From Laetmonice hystrix (taxonomy: Eukaryota), in the NCBI GenBank assembly GCA_965235115.1, contig OZ249436.1, positions 52,826,001 through 52,890,000 on the forward strand: a DNA stretch of 64,000 bases. The letters run 5' to 3'. Below the pieces are notes generated by a model that searched no databases, was not told the origin of the DNA, and saw nothing but the letters and a program-made list of their open reading frames with translations. Positions 40,761 through 53,590 of the stretch are shown piece after piece; positions within the stretch are counted from its first letter, which is position 1; every line of letters begins with the position of its first letter. Position numbers and translations under genes: made by a program.

Positions 40761-41004
40761 GCCTATCTAAGGCGGGGGCAGAAATAAGGCAACCGTGAAT
40801 TTTAGCGCTTTGCTTGTAGGCCTAAATAAAACACTGGACTATTTTTTATATTCTTCGCAATGATGTTGAGCTTATCATTAGTATAGTAGGATCTATATAT
40901 ATTTAACTCCGTAACCCCTATTTAGTCCATCTTATTCATGCTGTTTATTTTGCTATTGAAAGAATAAAAATCATATCCGGTAAAGGTTACCACCAAAGAG
41001 AAAA

Positions 41005-41373
41005 CTTTTACATCCCTTTCAAGGAGACCAAACAGCTGTTAAAAATTGGTTCCTACACGAAGAACAAAAGGGAAACGTCGAAAATGGCACAGCTGCATGC
41101 ATGGCCACGGAAATATATATGAGAGAGGAAATGGAGACATTCCCCAATATATGTTGAGGCATTTCTTCTTTCTCTCCATGATATCCTGACGAGCAAAGTG
41201 AAGAGAAATCTCCCCAGTAGCAGGCTGAGGTGTTTCTTTTCCTGCTCATAACGGGTAACCAAATGGTACTGGTCAAAAGACTGTTACCAGGTCAGAACTG
41301 TAGCCCGAGACCTTACTCTTGTTCAGCGAGCAGAAAACGAGGAAAGTTATCTGCACTGCAAGGGATGTAAAAG
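41005..41373. mobile_element. possible MITE
   Basis: CTTTTACATCCCTT ... AAGGGATGTAAAAG, a 14-bp inverted repeat. No clear target-site duplication. Confidence 0.35.
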
Positions 41374-41465
41374 GGAGCTCCTCGAGCTAGTGGTTAAAAT
41401 TAGGGGGGGGGGGGCTCCCCGTGTTTCGCCTAACTTGATGAAGAAAAAAATCTAAGTAAGAAAGC

Positions 41466-42511
41466 ATATGGCAGGTTTCATATTGCTAATGTTACATTGG
41501 ACGGAAAATCCAGTTTTATGTCCCATCCAAGTATAAAATTCAAAAATTTTATTTCGAAGATTTGCTACCTTGTGCATTTCGATTGAACATTAAATTGTAT
41601 GATAATGAATTCTAGGTCTGATAAACAGTCAAGAATTCTGATTAGAATATGCCAAAAGACGAAAAAGCCAAAAAACTTTACTATTTGCTAACGTTATATT
41701 CAAAGGACAGACAAATTCAATATTATTTTTCAAGGTGTTGTATACTTTATCACGCTCTGTCCCATCTCTGTGCCAACCCTCTTCCGACATTGCTGCCATG
41801 TTAAGTTGCGTTGCCTACTGGGAAGTCGTGCATTGTATGACAAATCTGGTAATTTTCCATATGCTAACGTTACGGTCAGATTGGACGGACAAACATTCCG
41901 TAACGTTAGCAAAATAAAAACCGACTTGAATGTTGACCTTTGAACGCTTTCTGGTGGTCACAAGAAACATTCATCTGCAGCATATGTAAATTATATATGT
42001 ACTATGATCGCCATCTGCCGATACCATTGGGAGTTAGTCATACACACAGGCTGAATGCCAAGTGACTGAATGCTAGCGTTATGCCAGGAAAGGAGGACGG
42101 ACAATTTTCAAAATTGTGACAGTCGTGAATAAAAATGCTTTTACCTATGAAATAATCATTTTGCACAGATGCAATGTAGTTTTATTAGAGCTATTTCTCT
42201 TGAGTAATTTAAGTCACTGATAGCTTGACAGTATTTTGTTTCCTTCTTTTCTATAAAGCTGGTGACAATAATGGGTTGGAAATTGTCCGGGAGTATATTT
42301 CCGTCCTCTTTGCCTCCAATATTACCTAAGGTAATAATTTTTTTAAATAAATAATAACAAACACCTTTTGATTTTTTATCTATTAGATCCACAAAATAGG
42401 TGCAAAACCATCCGTCATTGGAAATTTAAAGAGTACACAAAATAAATATTAATACTGGCTAATTTTTTGCTTTCCGTCCATGTAACATTAGCACTATGAA
42501 ATCAGCCATAT
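41466..42511. mobile_element. ~1-kb non-autonomous DNA transposon
   Basis: ~42-bp imperfect terminal inverted repeats ATATGGCAGGTTTCATATTGCTAATGTTACATTGGACGGAAA / TTTCCGTCCATGTAACATTAGCACTATGAAATCAGCCATAT. AT-rich non-coding interior with GCTAACGTTA motifs. Confidence 0.75.
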
Positions 42512-43053
42512 AGAACTTTATTTCATAATAGTCCAAAAGATTATGCTATAGGCTAGGCTATAGACTCTATATAGGTAGGCCTATACTGATAGGCCTAGGC
42601 CTCTATAGGCCTACACGAAACGGGAGAAAACATTAGGTGGACTCGCCGTGTCTACACGATAGTCTTAGGCCCCCTAGTAGGTTTTTATTCTAGGACTTTT
42701 TTTTGTACTGACAGGGAAATTTTCGGCCCCATAACATCAAAATTTTAGCTGATGCTCCATCTGGGGCGGCCTCCTCGTGGCGAGCATCGCTTTAGGACTA
42801 ACGGCCCCAGACTCTAAAAGGCAGTAGCATATAGGCCTAGGCCTAGGGCCTATAGGCTCTACCCTGCTGGAAATATAAGGTCGGCATTCCCCTGAAACCA
42901 CCTCGACTGTAATATTTTGCTCCTTTGCCAACTAAAATAGCACTGTACACTGTGCATGGGGGCAATCTGGTGGAAATCTGTCTTTAGCATGTTCAGATAG
43001 AATTTTTTCTAGATTCCTAAGGGGGGGTGCCCCCCCCCCCCTCTGGATCCGGC

Positions 43054-43118
43054 CTAGACTCGACCACCAGTCCTCCTAGCGACCTCTAGCCAGAAAAAGG
43101 GTCTGGTGATCGAGACTA
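43054..43118. mobile_element. very small MITE
   Basis: TAGACTCGACCACCAG ... CTGGTGATCGAGACTA inverted ends. A related right end (CTGGGGATCGAGACTA) occurs at ~50346-50361. Confidence 0.5.
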
Positions 43119-43878
43119 TAGATCCGGCCCTGCACATTGTAATTTGTAGCGTGGAGAACTTTCCCGCCGTTTATAATCAGGCTTTCCCCGATCCCTCGAC
43201 CCACTTCATGACTGTCCGCCTGCATTCATGAGATCATGGGGGAATTCCATGCTCAACCTCGTTTCTAACCGCCGCTATACCGTCACCGTGTTCGCCAAGT
43301 GGGCCGGGCCAAAGGTCGGCCTAACCAGGCAAGTCAGTGCAACTGTCGTGTGGAGTATGCCTAGTGTGGGAAACGCCCACTGATACACGCGTTTCCGTGC
43401 ATGGTGCCCATCGAATCCTGCCGTAACTTGGCGCAAACACGGATGGTAGTGGATTGGGGACAGTGACAGACGAGATATGTCGGTGGGTGTGGGCCTACGG
43501 GCGGACGGACCGTGTGGGGCCAGGGTGGACGGCCCGCCCGATGTCTTCACCGCCGCCAAGTTTACCCTGGCCCGTTCCAGGTCAGTTGCTCCCGAATGCT
43601 CAACAATTAATGACCTATTATTACTTGGCAATATGTGGGGTAGACGTCTATCTTTAGTATAATCTAGCCTATCATCATCCTGTAGGACAGGGCTAAGGCC
43701 ATTATCAGGCCAAGGCCAGGGATCAGGCCTAGAGAATAGCATGAGCTAGGCCTGAGCAGGGGCGGATCCACAGTGCAGGCCTACTGAGTAGGCCTACTGA
43801 GTACTGTGTAGGGCTAGGCCTAGGCCTCCAGGGCAGAGGCCTACTCGGCATGGACCAGTAAGTTGTATGAGTGATTAA

Positions 43879-44410
43879 AGGGGCATACTATGAAACACGT
43901 TTTTGAGGATTTCCGGCAATTATCCAACATGACCGTGTACAAGGGATCCAAGTAAATAATCCTACCACAGCATTTTGTCCTCCGACGTGTTTTCACTGCG
44001 TATGCAGCACAAGTAGGTTGTATACGACCAAACCTATAGATTTCTCCCGATAGCACATGTATCTCCCGCCATAATTTTGCGGACAACCTCCCATCAACCC
44101 GTGTAATTGCATACTGTGTCACATCCTGTGTGTGCACTCTCTGCATGTGCTTAGTGATGTGCTTTGCTTAGTTGTAAACAATTCAGCAGGGGCACTCGAT
44201 CGCCCGGCATCAAAATGCCACCCAAAAAATATTTTACGAAATCGGCAGAGAAGCGGGCAATGGAGCTTAATAAACTTCGATTTCTCACGCAAAATGAAAC
44301 TGATAAGTCTGTCTTTGTTTACCAAGCAATTTTAATGAAAGATTTCTTTATGAAAACAGCAAAAGTTCTATGAAATACCGATTTTTAACATTTCCTTATA
44401 ATATGCCCCT
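43879..44410. mobile_element. Kolobok-like non-autonomous element
   Basis: TTAA|AGGGGCATA ... TATGCCCCT|TTAA: TTAA target duplication with terminal repeats starting AG, as in Kolobok elements. Confidence 0.7.
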
Positions 44411-44590
44411 TTAAATTGGACGATCTCTGCTTACCTCACCGATATATGGTCGATGTTTTAAGGGGCACAGCACGTAGGCCTATTCATAAGTAGGCATAGG
44501 CCTATAGGCCGATTCCTCCTCTTTTGTTTTATTATCAAGATTTAGATACCTACCGTTAGATATGGCCTGTAAATTTGGCACTCTCCGAGA

Positions 44591-47500
44591 ATGAGCAGCG
44601 TCAGCACTGTCAGTTTGGCCAAGTAAATAATAAAAGCTCTTTGTCTCAGTGTCAATTAAATCTAGGCCATAGCACCCTCGAGCCGTTCAGACGGCAGTCC
44701 TCTACCATCCTGGCACGATACCCCGCCCAATCACGCAGATATACCCCCCCCCCAGTAATAATATCTATGCCATAGTTCTTCCAGATAACTTGTGACAAGA
44801 CCCAGTCGGAGTCACAGCCCCCAACTGAGTAGGGACTAATAATCTGTGGATCTAGGAACGGGGGGGGGGGGGGGGGGGTGCTATGGAAAAGGGCACTTTC
44901 TTAACCCCCCCCCCCCCCCCCCAGTGAGTAGCCCAAACAGTCAAATAAAAGTGGCATATAGGCCTATGCACATATCAACAGGGCCATAGTTAGAAATTTC
45001 TGTGTGTCTGGGGGGGGGGGGGCAGATCCAGGAATTTGGTAAAGGGGGTGTCCCCCATGATATGCGAGCGCCGAAGGCGAGAAGCTATGAATGGGGCGTC
45101 TGGGGCCCTTCCCCCAGAAAAAAAAATAAAATTACAGTGCCAAATACGTGATAGGCCTATAGATCAGCCTTTAGGGCTATAATAGGCCTAGATAATTGGA
45201 CATTTAAATTTTTAAAATCTTTCGTAAAAATAAAAAAGGGCACTTTGGGAGAGAGGGGGGGGGGGGTGCGCATCCCCTGCACCCCCCCTGGATCTGCCAC
45301 TGGTGTACTATGAGTATTTTTGATATCCAGTACCTTTTCCAAAGGCGCCAAAACCTAGGGGGGGGACTCTCAAACTTGCCCACCACCACCAGTCCACCAC
45401 CGCCCCCACCACCCCGCCACCAGCTGGGACATTGGATTCGATCTAAAGTGGTACGAGACATCTTCCGTCTCCTGTGATTTCTCACATTTACCCTAAAATA
45501 TCAGACTGATGAGAGTTGTTATTGAATAAATCTGTCACAGGTGGATGGCAGACCAGGAGGCTGCCACTTGCAGCAGATGTCAAAACAAGTTTAGCTCTCT
45601 CCGCCGTCGACATCACTGTCGACAGTGCGGGCTCATCTTCTGTGCCAACTGCTGCTTCGATAAGGTAAAGTGGTAAAGTTGGAGTAGGGGGGGGGGGTAG
45701 GGTACGATGGGGGTGGCTGGGTGGGGAATGAGAGGAAAGTAAGCACGCGCAAACCAAACAAATCTCACTGAATGTAGCGAAGAGAAAGGAAACGATATAT
45801 TTACACTGTCCCACCTGACATGTCTTTATCTTAGTACCAGTTCCACATCTGAAAGTTTTTCACACAAAGTGAGGCGGTTTATAATGTAATTTGCTATCAT
45901 AGCCGTCACCCAGTACTAAACATTTTAGTACTTTGTGTTGTAGAAATCCATGCCGGTGTACATGCATGTCCTTGACGTTTCCTTCCAAGGTTTCCATGTA
46001 TATCCGATGTTATAGGTGATGTTGACACAGTTAGGCTGCACAACAGCAGAAAGAGTTTGTGAATCGTGTAAACCTGCAGCCAAGCTAGTCACTCTTGCTC
46101 TCAGTGACAGACTGGTAGGTGGGTTAGCTCTTTGAAAGAAATACACATAGCCTACATGTATGGTCGATTTGAAATGATGAATATATGATTTTAGACTTGA
46201 TGTTTATAAGGCATATGTCAAATTAGTTGCCATTTTAAAACTCCTATTTACGTTTAGTGTGACCACAAGGGCATTTTCAGGTGCTCGGGTCATGTGACAT
46301 TCCCAGTAGCATGAGAACAATGCCTGTTGATGACGTCATAGATAAGCCCGTTACGTCAAGAGGTATATCAGTACACGTCATCTGGCGTCATTAATTCAGT
46401 GGATAGTATGTTCGAAGTCTTTGACCAGACCTGAGCGCCCCCCCCCCCCCCACCTCCGAGTCTAACAGTCCACTTTGGCCCGGGGAGGCGGGGGACATCA
46501 AAATTACTTCAGCCACATGCTTGTTGCCCTGTGAATATACCGGTAACTACCGGGGGTATCCTCAATTTACTGAATTCTGTTCAGCCGTTTAAGTTGGAGG
46601 GAGCCAAGGGACTTGTAGCAATGCTGAATACCCCGGACGGTCTTCACAAGGTAAACCTCGGCCATAAATAAAGAAAAAAAAAATCTTCATACCAGAAACC
46701 GGGAATATATTTTTCGCCTAAAGTGCTATGAATGTGATTGAGAATTCAGTAAGCTAGCAGTAGGTACAACTTGAAATCCCAGATAAAATGTGTATTTGTA
46801 TCTTTTCGTAAAGCAGACCTCCCCTGATTTTGAGCTAATCTGTATTGATATGTTATCAGTAGTGGGTGTTTATTTTAGACGGTTTTAATTGACAGGTATG
46901 TGAGGTTGGCGGGGTACAGGCCTTGGTTCACTTGGTTCGAACACGAGATGAACAACTTTGGGTAAGTTTACAGGCCTACGGATGAAATCAATGAATGTTA
47001 AGTTAGGTGCATTTAAGTAGTGGACTTAATGTGGCGAAATTTGTTACATATTGAGAGTTTTAAAGATATTCGCATTTTGTACAAGATGACTTTTAGATTA
47101 GGGCCTAATTGTCTTATATGGGTCACCTCTTCAGTTGTATTTCCCCTATCTCTGCGAAGACTTTTATCCACAAAGGTGTTAGTTTTAACAAGCAGGTTCC
47201 CTTTCATAAACTGTTTTCGGTGTGCTCTCTGCCACCTGATTTTTGGATGCGTATGACCTTAGGAGTCAATGAATGAAAAGAAAAGAAATGGAATAATCAG
47301 TACAAAGGTAGTGGTATTATATTGATATTTTCTAGAAGTGGTGTAGACAGGATTCGGTTCAGAAGCTTACCTTTCAGTTGTTTAATGACAGCAAATACTG
47401 AGGTGGATTTCTAACAGATGTCGGTGTTTGTATGTGGAGCAGATGGTGGTTTGTTCAGGAGTAAACACGCTGGTTACCCACACCAGTCTACACGTCTACC

Positions 47501-50500
47501 TGATGGAAGCAGGCACCATCAGGGCAATCAGCAGGTAGGGTCAGCCAGTCCCAGAACCCAAGAACATCAGCAGGTAGGGGCAGCCAGTCCCAGAACCCGA
47601 GAACAGGGCCCGGTTAGGGCTTAATCAAAACGTGAAGTACAATCAGTTGTGAAATAAAAACACACGAAAAAAGTAGCATGAAAATCTTGAAAACGCAAAG
47701 AACATAGCAAAGATTGATAACGTTGGGGGGGGGGAGAAGAAATGCAGATTCTCCACTGAAGCTGTGCATTTCATACCATGATCTTTACCATGATCTTTAC
47801 CATTTCATACCATGATCTTTACCATTTCATACCATGATCTTTACCATTTCATACCATGATCTTTACCATTTCATACCATGATCTTTATGTTGCAGAATAC
47901 TGAACGAAGCAAATCGTCAGAATGACAGTATACTGTCTGAAGGACTGAGTATCCTTAGTGTTTTCTGTAAATCTCCCGAGGCCGTCAGTCAAGGTAAACA
48001 CATTTGTAGGCTCTTTGATATTACGTATATTCTTGTTGCCGAAACGTTCGGAAGTCCTTTTTAAATTAAAAGATGTGTTTCAGTTTTAGGGGTTTACATT
48101 TTATTTTTCTCAGCACAAGTTCACATTTACATCGTATATTATATCAGTTTTAGAAAAGCCACTGTTGCAGCCATAATTTCATGATTTCTGTTTTTCTTAG
48201 GCTATATTTCATTTTTGGGTGTTTTTCGATTTTGTATATGATGTTTCTATGTTCCAGTGTTGTTTGCCATGTTTCAGTGTTGTTTGCCATGTTTCAGTGT
48301 TTGCCATGTTCCAGTGTTGTTTGCCATGTTTCAGTGTTGTTTGCCATGTTTCAGTGTTGTTTGCTATGTTCCAGTGTTGTTTGTATGTTCCAATGTTGTT
48401 TGCCATGTTTCAGTGTTGTTTGCCATGTTTCACTGTTGCCTTCATTGTTTCAGTTTTGCCCTCATTGTTTCAGTGTTACAGGACGGAGCCCTCGACCCGT
48501 TGCTATCCTTCCTCAGTTCGACCAGTGAAGCGCTGGTCCTAATGTCCCTGCGAGTCCTCAGTCAAATGGTCGAGGACGTTCAAACTCACAATCTGGTGGC
48601 TCTCAGCAAACAGTCGGCTCTGCCCAAGGTGTTTGCATGCACCGCAAGCCAGGACGAACAGGTCCGTAGAAATGTGTAGATGCTGAGAAAGGGGTTGAAA
48701 CTTGATTTGAATTTTGCTAACGATTTCCAAGATGTCAGAGTTTGGTGACTTGTGTTTTGGTGACAGATACAAGAGGCAGCTTTACGGGTCCTTGCCCTGC
48801 TGGCCCTGGGCCGGGATGAGACACGTCAGCGACTTACACAGGTAACGGCATTAACTGCATTATTTAGGCCTATACGCTACAGTGAACAATTTGGTAACTA
48901 TTTAGAGATCTCTTTTTACCAGTAGTAGTAGTGCAATTGTTCTAGTGTAGGCCTATGTGGTTTATGTGGTATGTGGTCATCAGATAGATCCACTTTGTCA
49001 CGTCCTGTGTTGGTGGTGTTGACAGGAGGACATGTTCAGTGGACACAGCACGCAGCGCGTTCTGTGCAGCCGTCCGTCCAACCTACAGGTCTTGGTGAAC
49101 GCTGCCTGTCTGGTGGCCAACCTGGCCGCCTCCACCCACACACAGGTACGTCTCTCTGTCTGTCTGTCTGTCTGTCCTTCCAACCTGCAGGTCTTGGTGA
49201 ACGCTGCCTGTCTGGTGGCCAACCTGGCCGCCTCCACCCACACACAGGTACGTCTGTCCGTCTGTCTGTCTGTCTGTCTGTTGGTCCGTCCGTCCAGCCT
49301 GCAGGTCTTGGTGAGCGCTACCTGTTTCTGTGACCAACTGTTTGCTGGTTAGCTGATGTTTGTGTTTTCCACCAGGGGGCTCTGAAGGACCTACTCCTGC
49401 CGCTGTGCCGTCTGCTGGACGATCTCAAGGATCACCCGGACTTGATGAGTCACGTGGCCCGCGGTCTGGCTAACTTCTCCCGAACACAGCTACACGCACA
49501 GCTACTGGTAAACTTCAGTCTGCCTCTGTCAATAAAAACTGAGGCGATCTATTTCGTCCCAATTAGAATTTATATTATTAATCTATATTGCACGTTGGCA
49601 ATGGAGGGAAGGCTTGATCTAAATGAGCTCTCGGCTCTGCCTCAACGATCTGCCGGGAGCCTGGAGGACGAATATCTAGACCTACTTTAGGCTGTTAAAC
49701 AGAGTTGGGCAAGCATAATGTAGTTTTGGCGGTCCGATACCATACATTGAGGCGGTTATTTAGAGTGAAATCGAATGGTAATGTTTGTCTATTGTTTATT
49801 TCAGATCCCGTACGTGACGAACATTTTCTCGTCGTTTGTTAAATCGACAGATGTAGCAGTCCGTTACCAAGGCCTGCGGACAATGATCTCTTTAATGACG
49901 TACTTCCCACAACAAACACTTGTCGTCCTCCAGCAGTACGTATGACTGACAACACTTGCTCTAATACCAGTCTCAGGTGTAACGATTAGCCTTTCCTCGG
50001 TCATGACCACACAGATCTAACCCCTCGTTAACAAGTCGTGTTGGATGAATTGTGGAAACAGGGGCGATTCTAATTCCAAAAGAAGAAAGGGTCCGTTTAG
50101 GATACTTCCTTCGAAATAAATTCCCCATTAGCCCCCCCCCTCGCTCCTATACGGACAATTAGGCCTAAGTATTGTCATGAATATAGATCTAGACTGCATC
50201 AGTGGTGCCTCTAAAACAGTACTATAAGTTCGTTGTGTATAGGTCCTACGCGCTCCATCACTCACCGTGTTCGTGTAACCGAGATACGCGTTTGTGTCCA
50301 GACCAATTTTTCGAGCGACGAGCGGCCCCGAGCGGGGAAAATGGCCTGGGGATCGAGACTATGGGCCGTATTTGAGAACTGTCCTTAAGGCAAAGGATAT
50401 CCTTTAGTCTATTGAAATCCAATGGACAAAAGGAAATCCTTTGCCTTAAAGGGAATAGAAAAGTTCCTCACTAACGTACCTTTGAACACCAGTAACACCA

Positions 50501-52072
50501 TATAAAGTGTCTAAGGTCACACCGATAAGTGGAACACTGTCAACGGCGACTTTTTAAAAATACCGCCCGGGCCATTCGCTATTTCCCACGCGAGACAGCG
50601 GGAGCTATATCTATTAATAGGTTGAGATAAGGGCCAAATAGGGTAAACAAACGGACGAAGCCAGCGGGAGAATGTCTCTACATTTCGGTTGATTATTCCT
50701 TCATTAAAGATCAGATAATCACAGAATTGTAGGTAAGAACAAGCTTGTTCATGCTGAACACCCTTATATTGATAGTTTGAACTTTTCTATTCCCTTTAAG
50801 GATGGTTCTAAAATACGACCCTATGAGTTAGTGTAGCCATGCGAGTATCAGTAAAGATAATATAGACCAGGCAAGCGGCCAAAGGTTACAACTCGGAGGA
50901 CATGCTCAGTGTACAACATCGTCAGTGGACAAGCCCATCAGTCACCCATTATTTTCTAAATCGGCACCACTCTTACGCTGATTAATAATATTATGATGGC
51001 TTTCTTCTCATCAAAAATTTGTTGTGGTTTCTAGGTGATTTATTGCTTTGGATCACGATGAATTTCCTTTCTAAGTACAATGTTATAAAATGTGAAGTGG
51101 TTATCTTAGTGAGGTCTAACGTTGGTGTTTGCTAAAAACAAGACGTGTTGTTCTGATATTTGATTCGCTGAGAATGTTCTCTCCGACCTGATCAGTTCTT
51201 GGTAGACTTTAAGGTGGTCTCAGTTGGTTTCCTTAATTACATTCCGGGATGCAATTATTTTTATTTTAAGGGAACGGAATTAGGCACGTAGCTAGGATTT
51301 CTTTGGACTTGTTTCGTTTCTATTCAAACGTGCTGCCAATCCTCTCTACCCTGACGTGAATTATAGGCCTGCACGTCGTGTAGCCTTACACTTTACAGCA
51401 TACTAAAACTAAAAGTATCTACTAAATCTACTAGGTCATACATCCCTAGTAGTCGAACTAGAATATTGGAGTTCTTTGAAGGTGCTTTTGTCCGAAACAA
51501 CCGAAATATAGTTGGCTATCACTGGAATATCTGAGGTATCTCAGGCAACGACTACAAGAACTGGTCAGAGAGACAGCCATGGGGCTTGGTTAAAAAAACA
51601 TCTTTCCTTCCCAGCACAACATTCCCCTAACCATTTCCTCCCTTAGTGAGCAGTGTAACTAATGAAGTCCTCTAGGTGCAAGTATTTTCCTAATTATGTA
51701 GCATCCTAGAGCTTTTCATGTACCAGTAAGTTCTTGTTGTCTTATCTTTTCCTTAGTGAGTTTTTGTCTACATCGGCGATATTATCGTTTTTGCTTGCTA
51801 TCTGTGCTTCGCTTTGTATTATTATATTTATCTGTTATTTATTTGTTGCTGTTATAAAGAGGATTCTATTTGTTATAAGAGTTTACATCAAATGGATGAA
51901 TGTCCGTAGGCCGTGGCATCATGAACTGGGTGTGTGGCTACTTGTAATTCTTGCACTTTTCAGGGGAGAGATTATTGAGATACTGACGGCCATGGCTGAG
52001 CGGCAGGAGATCATGGATGCCATTCACACAGCCATTCATCTCATTGTTCCCTATGAGGCCAAACCTTGCTGA
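44591..52072 (+). CDS. FYVE zinc finger plus armadillo-like repeat protein (~443 aa, 13 coding exons)
   Basis: Phase-consistent GT-AG exons: 44591-44622 (tentative start, MSSVSTVSLAK), 45541-45664, 46016-46114, 46585-46650, 46896-46961, 47443-47534, 47896-47993, 48474-48661, 48767-48841, 49026-49145, 49376-49507, 49805-49935, 51964-52072; total 1332 nt. Canonical FYVE motifs WMAD, CSRC, RRRHHCRQCG, CANCC, RVCESC. ARM-like segments follow (EVGGVQALVHLV, DGALDPLLSFL, IQEAALRVLALLA, AACLVANLA, HVARGLANFS). Confidence 0.9.
47770..47887. repeat. 22-bp intronic minisatellite TTCATACCATGATCTTTACCAT
   Basis: About 5 units, ending just before the acceptor at 47894-47895. Confidence 0.9.
48240..48473. 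repeat. 20-bp intronic minisatellite GCCATGTTTCAGTGTTGTTT
   Basis: About 11 degenerate units running into the acceptor TTTCAG at 48473. Confidence 0.9.
50363..50821. mobile_element. palindromic Harbinger-like MITE interrupted by a nested element
   Basis: TAT|GGGCCGTATTTGAGAAC..CCTTAAGGCAAAGGA ... TCCTTTGCCTTAA[insert]GG..GTTCTAAAATACGACCC|TAT. Confidence 0.75.
50450..50795. mobile_element. Kolobok-like MITE nested in the Harbinger-like MITE
   Basis: TTAA|AGGGAATAGAAAAGTTC ... GAACTTTTCTATTCCCT|TTAA: perfect 17-bp terminal inverted repeats. Confidence 0.85.
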
Positions 52073-53129
52073 CAAACTTTTGAGGAAGAGGTGTTAAATG
52101 ATACCAGGGCCAATAAGATACAAATTATATAGGCCTACTTTTTAAGCCTTTACTTCAACATAGTGAGATTCTGGTGTTCTGTAGAACACTACAACGGGAG
52201 ATTGCAATTGGACATTATTTGGGCGCATACTTGATAAAAGGTGCGATCCGAATGGAAATCTTTTATGATACAGTATCTATACTGTTCAAAGAATGTACAT
52301 GTATATTGTGTAAGGATACGAATCTATTATGATACCGTTATCTATTGTAGCGTGTCCATTTTGTAAATAGAAGCACGAAATATAAATATAAATATTATGA
52401 CGGTGTAAAGTTCAGAATATGCCTTTATTTTGTGGCAGTTCACGTAATGATGAACGGTTATTTTAACTGTTCTGAACTCAAGCAATCATCAGTGCTGCCT
52501 ATATAACCGCGCATTTCTTTACTGTGATATCTGAGGCGAGAACTGACTGTCCGTACACCACCGCCTATAGGGTTTACAGCCCCCCCCCCCCCCCCCCCGG
52601 GCATTGTTCGGTTCTCTATGACATGAGGACGTAAAGTCTCCAAAGAAACCGAAAAGGAAGAATAACTTTATTCCCTATATTAGCATACCCGTATACACTC
52701 CAAATAATACTTTTATTGGTTTTGGCGAGTTCGTTGCACTTAGAGTTCCGTATTTCATAATTTCTAAACTTGCGTAGACTCGATTTACGATGACACCAGT
52801 TCGACGCTGTCCTAAATTAGTTCTGGATTAGAACAGGACTTTTTGACTGATACCGCCATTCTTTTATCTTCTTTTTCATATCGTGTTAATTCTGGCATAA
52901 TTATGTCAACCACATCTCGCAAACATTTGATGTCTTTCTCCTTAAAATAGAAAAGGAATTCAATTATTATCTAGTTAAAATTATTGTTGTTGTTGTCCTC
53001 TAGTGTCTTGCGTTTTTGAACCATCTAAAGAAACGCACTAGTATTACGAGACCGCCTTTAATCCCCTTGCCCACCTATCGTTAAGCAGCCACTAGAGCGG
53101 TTAATGTTACTAAAGATGTTGGTTTCCAG

Positions 53130-53238
53130 GGAGGACATAGCGTGGATACTGCTAGGTCTGACGTCCGACACTTCCATTACTGAGGCCATTCTGAAGGCAA
53201 TCAGCGAGGCCTCGCCACCAGCTCAGCCGCCCAACAAG
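53130..53238 (+). CDS. alternative duplicated exon of the FYVE-ARM gene (paralog of exon 51964-52072)
   Basis: Acceptor GTTTCCAG with the same phase-2 entry. Encodes EDIAWILLGLTSDTSITEAILKAISEASPPAQPPNK, which aligns without gaps to GEIIEILTAMAERQEIMDAIHTAIHLIVPYEAKPC. Possible donor AAG|GTGCAA. Confidence 0.6.
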
Positions 53239-53590
53239 GTGCAATACTTCGAGAGCGGTTCAGCATCTGAAATAACCAAATGATCGCCGGCGCCAAGAGT
53301 TTAATCTCTGAAGTTATTATCTCTGAAGTTATTATGGGAGGCTGGACGCGAAGGGTGGTGATAATAATAAACAATACTTTGACATGGCGTACCATGCAGT
53401 TGGCCCTGCACGGAGATTTCTAAACAGGACGAGGTTGTTCAAAGTTTAATTTCTTGCTTAAGTTTAAGACTGCTGGTTAGCCCATTGTCTAATTCAAACA
53501 GCCCTGTCCCGCAGGGTTAACATAAATCGTCCTAAGTTAAATATATAAACCGTGTTTTTCTGAAGCAACGTTTGTTTTTGATTCACATAG

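Noticed and set aside
43275..43742. 155-aa minus-strand ORF
   Set aside because: GC-rich with no recognisable domain or splice support. It is more likely non-coding sequence upstream of the FYVE-ARM gene, though coding is not formally excluded.
48181..48473. Hydrophobic Cys-rich ORFs resembling membrane proteins
   Set aside because: This is the intronic 20-bp minisatellite. Only 48474-48661 is a real exon.
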